Of a DNA stretch of 64,000 nt, positions 19,064-28,696 are shown one piece after another (the stretch's first letter is position 1; every line of letters starts with the position of its first letter). Made by a program: the position numbers and the translations under genes. The stretch comes from Thermoplasmatota archaeon (GTDB lineage: Archaea; Thermoplasmatota; Poseidoniia; Poseidoniales; Thalassarchaeaceae). The notes beneath the pieces were generated by a model. The model searched no databases. It saw only the letters and a program-made list of their open reading frames with translations, and was not told the DNA's origin. Location: assembly GCA_036336595.1 (NCBI GenBank), contig JAYZFV010000056.1, forward strand, positions 907 to 64,906. The letters run 5' to 3'.

Positions 19064-20269
19064 ATGGATGACAAATACGGCGATAGGCGCTTCGACACGA
19101 GGGCAGTCTGGTCCGGCACACAGAATATCGAGGGCTCGGTCAACACGCCGGCTTTCCTCGCGTCCACCTACAGGCTCACTGATGACAGATACAGGGAGTG
19201 GGCGGCCCGGGGCGGCCATCACACCCTCCTTTACAGCCGCTACTCGAGCGTGAACTCCGAGGCCGTTTCGGCCAAGGTGGCCTCCCTCGAGGGAGCGGAG
19301 GACGGCGAGACCTTTGCCAGCGGGATGGCCGCGATCTCCTCCACCCTGTTCTCCATCCTGTCCCAAGGCGACCACGTGGTCAGCTCCGCTGACGTATATG
19401 GCGGAACTTACGGCTTGATGACCTCCGAGCTACCGCGCTACGGGATCGAGGTGACGATGGCTGACATTCGGGACCCCTCTTCCTACGAGGCCGCGATCAA
19501 GGAGAGCACCAAGGCCCTCTACGTCGAGACGATAACCAACCCGGTTCTGAAGGTGTGCGACTTGGAGGCTATTGCGGCGCTGGCGAAGAAGCACGACCTG
19601 ATTTCCATTGTGGACAACACCTTCGCCACCCCATGGGCATGCAAGCCGATATCCATGGGCTTCGACCTGGTCATCAACTCAGGGACCAAGTTCCTGAACG
19701 GCCATTCGGACCTGATAGCTGGATTCGTGGTGGGAAGGGCGGATCTGGTCAAGCAGGCCTTCCACTTCAAGACCCGCTTCGGAGGGGCGGCCGATCCACA
19801 CATGTGCTACCTCCTCGAGCGCGGCATGCGTACCCTCCACGCCAGGATGCCAATTCACGTCGCCAACGCCGCGGAACTGGCGAGGAGGCTCGAGGACCAC
19901 CCGATGATTGAGAGCGTTAACCACCCCTCGCTGCCCGGCTTCGCCGACTACGAGGTTGCCCAGAGGATCGTTCCAAGGGGAACTGGAATGCTATCCTATG
20001 TGGTCAAGGGGGGCGACGATGCCGCAATGGCATACGTCAGAGCCTTGGAAGTGGTGTTCGAAGCCACAAGCCTGGGCGGGGTGGAGAGCCTTGTCGAGTG
20101 CCCGTTCAACACTAGCCACATGTTCGTGCCAGAGGACGTGCGCATGGAGGCTGGTGTAGTGCCCGGATTCGTCAGGATGAGCGTTGGGATAGAGGATGTT
20201 GAGGACCTGTGGGCCGACATGGATCAGGCCCTCTCCGCTGCTAACTCCTCTTTGGGTAACGGACCTTGA
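19064..20269 (+). CDS. Cys/Met-metabolism PLP enzyme (cystathionine gamma-synthase / O-acetylhomoserine sulfhydrylase family)
   Basis: 401 aa. N-terminal RFDTRAVWSG and the overall MetB/MetC/MetY family pattern. Confidence 0.75.
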   Translation: MDDKYGDRRFDTRAVWSGTQNIEGSVNTPAFLASTYRLTDDRYREWAARGGHHTLLYSRYSSVNSEAVSAKVASLEGAEDGETFASGMAAISSTLFSILSQGDHVVSSADVYGGTYGLMTSELPRYGIEVTMADIRDPSSYEAAIKESTKALYVETITNPVLKVCDLEAIAALAKKHDLISIVDNTFATPWACKPISMGFDLVINSGTKFLNGHSDLIAGFVVGRADLVKQAFHFKTRFGGAADPHMCYLLERGMRTLHARMPIHVANAAELARRLEDHPMIESVNHPSLPGFADYEVAQRIVPRGTGMLSYVVKGGDDAAMAYVRALEVVFEATSLGGVESLVECPFNTSHMFVPEDVRMEAGVVPGFVRMSVGIEDVEDLWADMDQALSAANSSLGNGP

Positions 20270-20278
20270 GGATTAGGC

Positions 20279-20878
20279 ATGGACACGGGCCTCCTCATCG
20301 CGACTCTAGCCTTCATCATCCCGATGTGTTTCACTCCGGGACCCAACAACGTCCTGTGCGCCGCACATGGATCGCAGCACGGTCTGCGAGGGACCCTGCC
20401 ATTGATTGCTGGAATGGCGATAGGCTGGTCTACTCTGGGCCTCTTCGTCGGAGGAGCGACCGTCTTCATTGAGGAGAACGAGTCGTTCTTCGAATTACTG
20501 ACCTACATCGGAGCTGCATACAACGCCTATTTGTCATACAAGGTGGCGACCGCGATCCCGCTGGCCGACGATAATCAGGACGACGAACGACTTGGCACCA
20601 TGACGGGACTTGCCCTTCAGGTTGTCAACGGCAAAGCCTGGATTCACTTCCTAGTTCTGATGACTACCTTCGGGAGCCTATTCGGGCCCGGGTTTGCCGC
20701 CAAGGCGATGCTAGTACTGCTAAATCTGGTCTTCGGGCTTCCCGCAGTAATCACCTGGGCCTCATTCGGGACCTTGCTGAGGAGGGCCTTCAGCTCCCCG
20801 CAGTCAGCCACCAAGCTCAACCGCGCGATGGGGCTGTCCCTGTTCGCGGTCGCAGTGTGGCTTGTCCTCCCTCACTAG
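20279..20878 (+). CDS. LysE/RhtB-family amino-acid exporter
   Basis: 199 aa, 6 TM. N-terminal FTPGPNN motif. Confidence 0.65.
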   Translation: MDTGLLIATLAFIIPMCFTPGPNNVLCAAHGSQHGLRGTLPLIAGMAIGWSTLGLFVGGATVFIEENESFFELLTYIGAAYNAYLSYKVATAIPLADDNQDDERLGTMTGLALQVVNGKAWIHFLVLMTTFGSLFGPGFAAKAMLVLLNLVFGLPAVITWASFGTLLRRAFSSPQSATKLNRAMGLSLFAVAVWLVLPH

Positions 20879-20935
20879 CCCGATCAGCATTGATGAGGTG
20901 TTGGCATTCATAGCCAAGTCGGGATATCACGCATC

Positions 20936-21586
20936 GTGAGGCTACTTATCAGGGCGGTCTTGGTCGCGATGACCCTGCTATGCATGTCAGGCTCGGCCAT
21001 CGCTGAACCATACACCATCTCCGGCTCTGTGGCATACCAAAACGACACTCCCGTGCAGTACGAGGAGGTCGAGGTCGACTGCGCGACGTACGAGTACGAC
21101 TGCCACGCCTTCGAGGGTCAATCGGCGCCGACCGATCTCAGTGGGGCGTACGACCTCACCATCGAGGTGGACGAGAGCTACGACGGCGCCGAGTTGCTGC
21201 TTACCATCCGCGGCGAATCGTTCGGCCACGTAATCAACCTCTCAGCAGCTGACCAAACCTCCGAAGGCTATGTGATAGAGCAGGATATCATCCTAGTCCA
21301 AAACTCCCCAGCAGGGCCGATTTTCACTGGCCTTGGTTGCTCGACGCTCGTCTTTTCAGTCGCTTTCATTCTGATTCTCATTCGTACGGTTCGCAGGTAT
21401 TCAGTGGGGGATCAGGGGGAAAGATTCGTTGGACATAAGACCAACCCGATCACCGATTGCCCGGTGTGCGAGGGCAGGCTCCCCCGCCATCTGCTTACTC
21501 GCCACTTGATAGTCGAGCACGAGATTGACGCGCACGAGGCGGCAGAGATGGCAGGGGGTTTGATGCATGAGCCGAGTCGCGATTGA
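20936..21586 (+). CDS. Signal-peptide protein with one TM helix and a C-terminal cytoplasmic C2H2-like zinc finger
   Basis: 216 aa. Signal peptide MRLLIRAVLVAMTLLCMSGSA, ~125 aa acidic ectodomain, TM IFTGLGCSTLVFSVAFILILI, then CPVCEGRLPRHLLTRHLIVEH (C-x2-C-x11-H-x4-H). The stop abuts the tRNA-Leu 3' end. Confidence 0.4.
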   Translation: MRLLIRAVLVAMTLLCMSGSAIAEPYTISGSVAYQNDTPVQYEEVEVDCATYEYDCHAFEGQSAPTDLSGAYDLTIEVDESYDGAELLLTIRGESFGHVINLSAADQTSEGYVIEQDIILVQNSPAGPIFTGLGCSTLVFSVAFILILIRTVRRYSVGDQGERFVGHKTNPITDCPVCEGRLPRHLLTRHLIVEHEIDAHEAAEMAGGLMHEPSRD

Positions 21587-21671
21587 TGGTGCAGAGGACA
21601 GGATTCGAACCTGCGAAGCACTACGCACTGGGACCTCATCCCAGCCCCTTTGACCGCTCGGGTACCTCTGC
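21587..21671 (-). tRNA. tRNA-Leu (anticodon GAG), type II with long variable arm, CCA encoded
   Basis: Reverse complement reads GCAGAGGTACCCGAGCGGTCAAAGGGGCTGGGATGAGGTCCCAGTGCGTAGTGCTTCGCAGGTTCGAATCCTGTCCTCTGCACCA. It has a 7-bp acceptor stem, the GAGCGGTCAAAGG D-arm typical of tRNA-Leu, anticodon loop AT-GAG-GT, a long variable arm and a GGTTCGAATCC T-arm. Confidence 0.85.
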
Positions 21672-21721
21672 TCGGGTCCGGACTGGAACGCCGGTCGTAT
21701 TTCACGGTGGCGAACTTTGGG

Positions 21722-22624
21722 CTAGAAGTGGATTCCGTGCTTCGCTGCCATCGGAGGGGCCCGGCCCGTCTTGGCGTAGTAGAAGAGCGAGGCCCTGTTC
21801 ACCGCTTCGACGGTGGAGAAGAACAGTACGGCAAGGAGGAGCGCGACGACCATTATCACACCACCCAGAACGGCCCCCGCGTCATTGATCATCATGAACG
21901 GGAAGCAAATAGCGAAGATCAGGAGTATCACGATAGTCATCAGCAGGCCAGTCCCGACGTGCGAGGAGACGTCCTCCCCCCAGGTCTTCTTGAACATCTT
22001 AGGACTCCGACTCATCCCTTCAAACACCCCTGCCCTCTCCAGCACAATTACTGGAATCACGAAGAAGGTCACTATCCACCAGGCAATTCCGAAGATGAAC
22101 GACGCCAAACCGGCCACAATCCTCACGGGAGGAGCAGCGTCCTCGCTCTTTGAGATCCCCTCGAGAATCTGCAGGAACAACCCGACCGTTCCTGCTATGA
22201 CCCCCCAAACCAGGATCTGTGGAAGGCACTTCATAGCCTGGCCTATGCCGTAGGAGAAGCTAGGGTTCGTCCCAGCGGTGAGGCGCTCGTAAGCGCTAGC
22301 GATGATGGCTGCGTTCCAGAAGACTGTGATCACCGAGACGGTCAGATAGAAAACGAACCAAATAACCAAGTGGCCCGCCACGAACTCCCCCCCACCTTCA
22401 CATCCTTCTCCAACGCAGTCGGAGTTAGGGTCAATCGCATCCAGTCCGATCGACCCGGCAAGAGCAGCACCGATGGCCACTAGCGAGAATACGGCCGACA
22501 GGAAGGTGTAGACCATCAGCTCCGGATCAGCCCTCACCACAGCCATGCCAAGCCTGGTCATCTTCCATCCTCTCGAGATTCTCTCAGCGAAGCCGATCCT
22601 GTTCCTAGACGTACTCATCATCAT
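21722..22624 (-). CDS. Multi-pass membrane protein of unknown function
   Basis: 300 aa, ~6 TM helices. No motif I can place. Confidence 0.4.
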   Translation of the reverse strand: MMMSTSRNRIGFAERISRGWKMTRLGMAVVRADPELMVYTFLSAVFSLVAIGAALAGSIGLDAIDPNSDCVGEGCEGGGEFVAGHLVIWFVFYLTVSVITVFWNAAIIASAYERLTAGTNPSFSYGIGQAMKCLPQILVWGVIAGTVGLFLQILEGISKSEDAAPPVRIVAGLASFIFGIAWWIVTFFVIPVIVLERAGVFEGMSRSPKMFKKTWGEDVSSHVGTGLLMTIVILLIFAICFPFMMINDAGAVLGGVIMVVALLLAVLFFSTVEAVNRASLFYYAKTGRAPPMAAKHGIHF

Positions 22625-22650
22625 GATTCAATCCCACGCTCCACCAGTCT

Positions 22651-23112
22651 TCAAGATTGACCCGACGCACCGGTCTTCACAGCATCCCCTGGCCTAACTA
22701 CGCCCTCCTCGAGCACTGCTGCGCACCATCTGGACCAGCCGGGGAAGCGCCCTTCCTCGATCCTCCCAGAGTCTCCATCGGAGAACTGGTCCTCGATCAC
22801 GTGACACGGCGCGGTGGGCCCCGTCAGCTCAAGCAGGGTCTCGCCGACTTGCAGCCTGTCGCCCACTGCGAGTGAGCCCCAGTCGAGCCCCTCGATGGTT
22901 ATGTTCTCGCCTAGGCTGCCGGGTGCGGCGACGGGGTGCCCCTCCTCGCGCAGACCCTCTATCCTCTCGAGCGAGTAGATGATGACGGCCCTGCGCGTGC
23001 TCCTCCGCTTGTCGCCCTCTATGCCCTCTGTGCCCAGCCTCGCCGCACTGAGAGGCAGCTTGGGGACTCCCCCTCCCTCGCGAACGCAGACTGAGTGCAC
23101 GCAACCGGTCAT
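22651..23112 (-). CDS. MOSC-domain protein (YiiM-like)
   Basis: 153 aa. GDKRRSTRRAV, GENITIEGLD and the conserved Cys (TAPCHV) of MOSC beta-barrel proteins. Confidence 0.65.
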   Translation of the reverse strand: MTGCVHSVCVREGGGVPKLPLSAARLGTEGIEGDKRRSTRRAVIIYSLERIEGLREEGHPVAAPGSLGENITIEGLDWGSLAVGDRLQVGETLLELTGPTAPCHVIEDQFSDGDSGRIEEGRFPGWSRWCAAVLEEGVVRPGDAVKTGASGQS

Positions 23113-24038
23113 GAGCGTCCCTCCAAGAATGGGAGCGGCACATCAAGCCTCTCGACCATCTCCCTGTAGCGGCCTCCCAAGCCCGGGTCTGGGGACTCCA
23201 GATTATGCTTCCAGTAGCGCCAGCCCGCGATTGCCAGAGTTGCATACCTATGCATGTCCGGCAGCGCGGCCAGTTCGGCGGCATTCAACTCGCGCACTGA
23301 TTCGTAGCCTTCGACCAGAGCCCCCCAACGCTCCCCGATAGGAGCATTGTCATGCCATCCGAAGCCTACGAACGACATCGCCAGATCGAACACGAGCGGT
23401 CCAATCCACGCCTCTTCAAGGTCTAGGATTGCAACGACGTCCCCCCCACTACCGATGACATTGTCCGGAAAGAGGTCGCCGTGGAGGATTCCACTAGGCA
23501 GGTCTTTGGGAATTCGTTGCCGCAGGCCCGCAGACTCCTTGCGCAGAACATCCAAGAAAGGCGACCATGAATTCCGCTCCTCAGCTAGAGCAAACACCTC
23601 CTCGAAGAACTCGAACCCCATCGTATAGACTTCGGGAAAGCAATCTCCGATTGGCACGAGATGCATTCTAGCCTGTACCTCGCCGAGGCTTCTGAGGGAA
23701 TCAGCATCCGAGCCGAGCAGCCCACCCTCATAATGAGGCAGGAGGGTCCAAGCTACCCCATCCCGCTCGACGAGCCTCTCACCGCCTTCCAGCCTGAGGG
23801 GTACCGGTGTCGGTATCCCGTGGTCGTCTAGGTGTGAGTGCCGCAGGATTACCCGGGCCACCTCATCCACAGTGTTCGCATCCCAAGCCTTCAGTACGAC
23901 ACTAGTCCCGTCGGTGAGTGAAAGAAGGAAGTTGGTATTGTCCCAACCCCCCTGCATTGGCGTCATTGACGAAACTTCTGGCATGCCCGACAGAGAGAGC
24001 AGCCACGCTGCATCCCCTTCGTCAACCTCAATGGCCAC
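23109..24038 (-). CDS. Aminoglycoside/choline-kinase-like phosphotransferase (APH family, homoserine kinase type II-like)
   Basis: 309 aa. Catalytic HGDLFPDNV and downstream ILDLEEAW of the APH/ChoK kinase fold. Confidence 0.6.
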   Translation of the reverse strand: MAIEVDEGDAAWLLSLSGMPEVSSMTPMQGGWDNTNFLLSLTDGTSVVLKAWDANTVDEVARVILRHSHLDDHGIPTPVPLRLEGGERLVERDGVAWTLLPHYEGGLLGSDADSLRSLGEVQARMHLVPIGDCFPEVYTMGFEFFEEVFALAEERNSWSPFLDVLRKESAGLRQRIPKDLPSGILHGDLFPDNVIGSGGDVVAILDLEEAWIGPLVFDLAMSFVGFGWHDNAPIGERWGALVEGYESVRELNAAELAALPDMHRYATLAIAGWRYWKHNLESPDPGLGGRYREMVERLDVPLPFLEGRS

Positions 24039-24115
24039 GGCATAACGCTAACACTGCCTCATATTGCTTCTTCTCTCCAGTTAGGACTTAACATATCCAC
24101 AGCCACGCAACCCGC

Positions 24116-25057
24116 ATGCGAGCCATCCTGCCGCAGCCAAACCTGCTCATGGTCGGGGCCCCGAAGTCCGGAACGACGTCACTTTTGATGTGGCTCAGAA
24201 GCCACCCAGAGGTCTACCACCCGTGGCTCGGAGCCGGGTCGGAGGCAGTCGAGAGCGGATTCCTAATAGCAGGACCTACCGAAATCCCCATTTCACCATC
24301 TAGACCAAGGGGAACGCTCCTGTTACCACACGATACCGATGTAGATCGCTACAAAGGGGAGCCTTGGATAATTGACAAGTCCCCGCAGCACCTATACTCA
24401 AGCCGGGCGTTGGAGACAGTACGCGATTTGATGCCCGACGCAAAGGTCATCATAACCCTCAGGGATCCCTACGATCTTCTAATCAGCCAATATATGCAAA
24501 TGTGGAAGGGCATGAATTTCGACATCCCATTCGAGGAGCTATACGATATGATGCAGACCCAAGGATGGGAGGCCGATACCGAGATTGCAGAGACCTGGGC
24601 CTTTCTCACATATCCCCGGTATTCCGAATTTGTTCGTGCCTGGGTATCCGAACTTGGCTCCGAAAGGGTGAGGGTGGTGACGCTGGCCTCAATCGCAGGT
24701 AATGCAACGGGTGTGCTGCGGGAAATTTCTGAGTGGCTAGAAATTAGCCCTAGCAAGATGCCCACCAATCCCCCGGTGAGGAACACTAGGGGCAAACTAT
24801 CCAACACCCCGATCAGGAAGTTCCTGAGGGAACCTCCCAAATGGGTGTTTTCCTCTGCCAGGCTGTTGTTACCTAGCAGATCTGCTAGGAAGGCGCTTCT
24901 AGATCCCATAAGGAGGAGGGGATGGAAGCACGTTCCAGCGGACAAACCCGTGGTCCCACCAGAAATGGAGAGGGAAATCAGAGCGAGGCTGAAGGAGGAT
25001 ACCGAGTTCTTCGAGGCCCTCGATTCGCTTTTACCCAGCGGCACGACGATCGGCTAG
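24116..25057 (+). CDS. PAPS-dependent sulfotransferase (Sulfotransfer_1/3-like)
   Basis: 313 aa. 5'-PSB motif GAPKSGTTSL and 3'-PB motif RDPYDLLISQY. Confidence 0.7.
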   Translation: MRAILPQPNLLMVGAPKSGTTSLLMWLRSHPEVYHPWLGAGSEAVESGFLIAGPTEIPISPSRPRGTLLLPHDTDVDRYKGEPWIIDKSPQHLYSSRALETVRDLMPDAKVIITLRDPYDLLISQYMQMWKGMNFDIPFEELYDMMQTQGWEADTEIAETWAFLTYPRYSEFVRAWVSELGSERVRVVTLASIAGNATGVLREISEWLEISPSKMPTNPPVRNTRGKLSNTPIRKFLREPPKWVFSSARLLLPSRSARKALLDPIRRRGWKHVPADKPVVPPEMEREIRARLKEDTEFFEALDSLLPSGTTIG

Positions 25058-25971
25058 CGTTCGAACGCTTCTAACCAATGGCCGGTCTGGAATCCGGTTA
25101 GCTTCTCAAACCTCTCTAAGTCCGGCACAACCTCTCCTTCACAGGTTTGGTAGTGACCCTTAGTCAGCGATGAATCCTCGCCTTTCCTACTTATGAGGGG
25201 GAGGCCATAGATGTTCAGTGATCGTTTCTGCAGGGGCTTCGCAAGCACACCCCTTACCGAATTCGGAATAATGCGTACTGCGGCTTTGAAGGCCCTTCCC
25301 AGAGGAGTGACTCCCCTCCTACCTAGTGAGGCGTTCGCACTCTTCTCAGACAGGAAATCGTATTCGAATTCTCCTAAACCGAAATGAGCATTGATTTCCC
25401 CTAGAACAACATCGGGCGCAACCCTCATCCTCTTGCTATCGATAATCAGAAAACGCCCTCTTTCGAATATCTCTAACCAGCGTGCCATCGAAGCTGACCA
25501 TATTGAGTCGTCCTTCAGCCTCTGGTCTCCCCATGCGGTCTCGAAGTCGGACCAATCTGCTCCATGCCTACGGTCTGCCATGTTGTCCCTGACCATCTTC
25601 CAGTGACTGAAAGCCCTCTCAACCGGCTCCCTTAGGCAAACCACAAAGCGGGCTTCAGGATTGATTTGGAGCACCCTGTTTGGGGCCAGAGGGCAGGAGA
25701 ATGCATGTACCGAACCATCGACTCTGAAACCATTGCCTGAGAAAGCCCGCCGATATTCATCTAGATCCGGGTCGGATGCGTCCCTTCCAAATGTCCCACG
25801 ATGGCTGGCCAAGATATTCGGCTCCTTGGGTTCGGAGAAGTCAATGCCGGGGTTCTGCGTAAGGACCCCCGCCAGCCAAGTTGTCCCACACTTGGGCATC
25901 CCTAGCAGAAAACCATCCACCATGGGCCTTTCTTCCACGGTTGCAAACGTCCACAGGGCCTTATGACTCAA
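25054..25971 (-). CDS. PAPS-dependent sulfotransferase
   Basis: 305 aa. 5'-PSB GMPKCGTTWL and 3'-PB LREPVERAFSHW. Confidence 0.7.
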   Translation of the reverse strand: MSHKALWTFATVEERPMVDGFLLGMPKCGTTWLAGVLTQNPGIDFSEPKEPNILASHRGTFGRDASDPDLDEYRRAFSGNGFRVDGSVHAFSCPLAPNRVLQINPEARFVVCLREPVERAFSHWKMVRDNMADRRHGADWSDFETAWGDQRLKDDSIWSASMARWLEIFERGRFLIIDSKRMRVAPDVVLGEINAHFGLGEFEYDFLSEKSANASLGRRGVTPLGRAFKAAVRIIPNSVRGVLAKPLQKRSLNIYGLPLISRKGEDSSLTKGHYQTCEGEVVPDLERFEKLTGFQTGHWLEAFER

Positions 25972-26023
25972 TCGGACGCCCCTTTCATCAAGATAGTGAA
26001 ATACATTCGGCTTTGCACCCCCA

Positions 26024-26830
26024 TTGAGGCAGATGTATAGGCTGATTTGGTTTCAGCACGTTCACAAGGCTGCAGGCAGCGCGGTGATCAACCAAGCGAT
26101 AGCCAACGGTGAGACCCTCTACCCAGTCCACGAGAACGGAAATCCGTGCTCCTCAACCCGGGAATTGCTCCCAATCTGGGATTACGAAGATAACGAGTTA
26201 TTGGAATTCATCGATGACTGCCAGTCTAAGGGTGTTACTTTCGTTGCAACAGAGTGGGGCTCGCCAACATTCCGAATCCTGAATTCAGATTCCAGAGTAG
26301 TGCTGGTAACTTGTATCAGGGAACCATGGAGCAGACTGGTTTCCAACTACAACTATGACTACTACTTGGGATTCTCCAGCGCGCGCGCTCTTTCTGAATA
26401 CATGATCGGGGAACATAGGATTAAGTTGGACAATTACCTAGTGAGGGTCTTCTCCGGAGATTCCGACCACGAGGGAAAAACCCTCGGACTAGAATCGGTA
26501 AATTCATCGATAACAAACCTGCAATTATTCGATTTGGTTCTAATTACTGAAAGAGAGGGCGATCTGGGAAACCATCTCTTCGAGGCGCTGGGTTGGGAGG
26601 CTAAAATAGTGGATAGCCACTCCACTTTCGGCAACCTCTGGACGCTCTCAACGTTGATACGCCAACTCAGACTGCTATCGGCTGTGAGATACCTTTTGAG
26701 GGTGAAACGCCAAGTCACAGAAGGAGACAGGAGAGATTTCGAAGAGAAATCGAGCCTAGAGTTGGAACTGTACAGTAGGGTGAACGACCTGCAAATTCGT
26801 GGTCGCATTCACCCTCTCAATTCCCAATAA
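26024..26830 (+). CDS. Sulfotransferase family 2-like protein
   Basis: 268 aa. FQHVHKAAGSAV (cf. hiPKtgGT) and CIREPWSRLVSNYNY (cf. RdPveRlvSay) match the Sulfotransfer_2 PAPS-binding motifs. Confidence 0.55.
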   Translation: MRQMYRLIWFQHVHKAAGSAVINQAIANGETLYPVHENGNPCSSTRELLPIWDYEDNELLEFIDDCQSKGVTFVATEWGSPTFRILNSDSRVVLVTCIREPWSRLVSNYNYDYYLGFSSARALSEYMIGEHRIKLDNYLVRVFSGDSDHEGKTLGLESVNSSITNLQLFDLVLITEREGDLGNHLFEALGWEAKIVDSHSTFGNLWTLSTLIRQLRLLSAVRYLLRVKRQVTEGDRRDFEEKSSLELELYSRVNDLQIRGRIHPLNSQ

Positions 26831-27425
26831 ATTACAACAGCAATCAGGGGGCAATGGCATCTTTTCCTTCTTTTCCAGAGATCACCGCAAGAATCTCTTG
26901 AGGTTTATGCCAAAGAACTCAATATGCGCGGAGATAGGGGTTTGGAAAGGCGACTTCTCGCATAGGATACTGGATATCGCGAAACCAAGGAAACTCCATC
27001 TCATCGACCCCTGGGACTTCCAACCAGATTTCCCACACCGCTGGTATGGGGGCACCAGAGCGAGAAGCCAAGAGGAAATGGATGCGGTGTTCGAAGGCGT
27101 CCGAGAGAGATTCAGCAGCCGCATTGAGGTGAAGTTTCACAGGGACTACTCCGACAAGGCCGCGTCGGAATTCCCAGATGAGTACTTCGACTGGGTCTAT
27201 ATCGACGGCAATCACGACTACGAGTTCGTCAAGCAGGATCTAGAGGCATTCTTGCCCAAGGTGAAGGACGGCGGCTTCATTACAGGAGACGACTACTTGC
27301 AGCCATCTCCCGACAATTCGAAGTTCCTCCCCGTGAAAGAGGCCGTATCGGAATTCGTGCGAGAATATCCCGTGGAGTCACTCAAGTTGTTCGGCACTCA
27401 ATTCATCATTAGGAAGGCGGGCTGA
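26799..27425 (+). CDS. Class I SAM-dependent (sugar O-)methyltransferase, Methyltransf_24/TylF-like
   Basis: 208 aa (an alternative start lies at 26907). EIGVWKGDFS SAM-binding loop and WVYIDGNHDYEFVKQDL motif of TylF/CmcI-type O-methyltransferases. Confidence 0.55.
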   Translation: MVAFTLSIPNKLQQQSGGNGIFSFFSRDHRKNLLRFMPKNSICAEIGVWKGDFSHRILDIAKPRKLHLIDPWDFQPDFPHRWYGGTRARSQEEMDAVFEGVRERFSSRIEVKFHRDYSDKAASEFPDEYFDWVYIDGNHDYEFVKQDLEAFLPKVKDGGFITGDDYLQPSPDNSKFLPVKEAVSEFVREYPVESLKLFGTQFIIRKAG

Positions 27426-27458
27426 GAAAACCCTGCAATTTGACATGCATCGCTCGCT

Positions 27459-28295
27459 CTATTCGATTGGGCTGAGGATGAAATGGAAGGCCTTTTTCGG
27501 CTCTCCCAGAGTAGCCTTCCTCAACCTCCAGAACGCAGCTAGGGACCAGGCCCTGGCCCACAAGGAAAAGGACTGGATTCTCGTCAGCGCCTCAACATCG
27601 CCTGGTTCGTGCACCCTCCTCATCTCACGCCTCAGTTTTCGCAGATCTCCATTCATCACGCTCTTCCGAGAGATCATGCCTGCAGCACACTCCACGAATT
27701 TCTTCGGGTTGCAATGGTACAGCAACTGTTCGGATCGAGGGTAGGCACCATAGACCCCCCCGTGAATTCCAATGGGCTCTGGATGATGCACTTTGCAGTT
27801 TGGCGCCCATACCATTCTTTGCCCAGAATCGATTACCCTCCAAGCCAGATCCGTGTCCTCCCTGTGGAGGTAGTACCTCTCATCGAAGCCTCCAACCTGC
27901 TCGAGTATGTCCCTCCTCACAACCATGTTTGCCGTCTTGAACCGATCCCACTTGAACCGATTCGGGGGGTTGAAGTCCACCTTCTCTCCAGCCAGGTTAG
28001 TGGTTGTCATGCCGCCCTCTATTCCACCCACACTCTCGGTTTCCATGATTGACTGTATGACCTCAATCCAATTCTCTTGAGCGATGCAGTCGTCATCGAT
28101 GAAGGCGACAAACTTTCCCGAGCCACGCCTCCAACCTATGTTTCGGGTTTTTCCCGGACCTTGATCGGTTTCGGAATCGTCAACCACCTCTATCGAACGA
28201 GCGGGCAGGGTCTGCCGCCCCAGAGACTCCAAGCACGCAGCTAGGGCAACCGGCCTCCTGAAGGTGGGAATGACAACATCGACTTCAGAATCCAC
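27459..28295 (-). CDS. Family 2 glycosyltransferase
   Basis: 278 aa. VVIPTFRRP N-terminus and DxD motif FIDDDC. Confidence 0.75.
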   Translation of the reverse strand: MDSEVDVVIPTFRRPVALAACLESLGRQTLPARSIEVVDDSETDQGPGKTRNIGWRRGSGKFVAFIDDDCIAQENWIEVIQSIMETESVGGIEGGMTTTNLAGEKVDFNPPNRFKWDRFKTANMVVRRDILEQVGGFDERYYLHREDTDLAWRVIDSGQRMVWAPNCKVHHPEPIGIHGGVYGAYPRSEQLLYHCNPKKFVECAAGMISRKSVMNGDLRKLRREMRRVHEPGDVEALTRIQSFSLWARAWSLAAFWRLRKATLGEPKKAFHFILSPIE

Positions 28296-28366
28296 AGCGG
28301 CTCGAGGGCGAGCATCGTAATTAGTCTCGCGTACAGTTCAAGAATCGGCGATGACACCCACGCGTC

Positions 28367-28693
28367 GTGATAGACCTCGCGTCGATGGTTCTGATGGGTT
28401 TCCAAGACGACATAGTCTTGGTATTCGGTGACACCGTCGGTTGGCTGATTGGTCACCTAATCTTACTTGGTGCCCTCGCTATGGCAGTCGTGGCAATACG
28501 TGAGAGGGATCACATCCTCAATCAGTCCGGGTTCGACCGCAGCACCATTAGGGACGCCTCGTTGGTCGTCGGACTGACCTTGGTGCAGTACCAAGTATTC
28601 ACTTCGACGTTCGGATTCGACCCCTTGGCTTCGTTAGCACTGGCGGTACTATCGAGCTTCACTATTCGCTGGCTCGTTAACGTCTTGGGATAG
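28367..28693 (+). CDS. Small membrane protein (3 TM), unknown function
   Basis: 108 aa, hydrophobic. ORF only. Confidence 0.25.
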   Translation: MIDLASMVLMGFQDDIVLVFGDTVGWLIGHLILLGALAMAVVAIRERDHILNQSGFDRSTIRDASLVVGLTLVQYQVFTSTFGFDPLASLALAVLSSFTIRWLVNVLG

Positions 28694-28696
28694 GCA

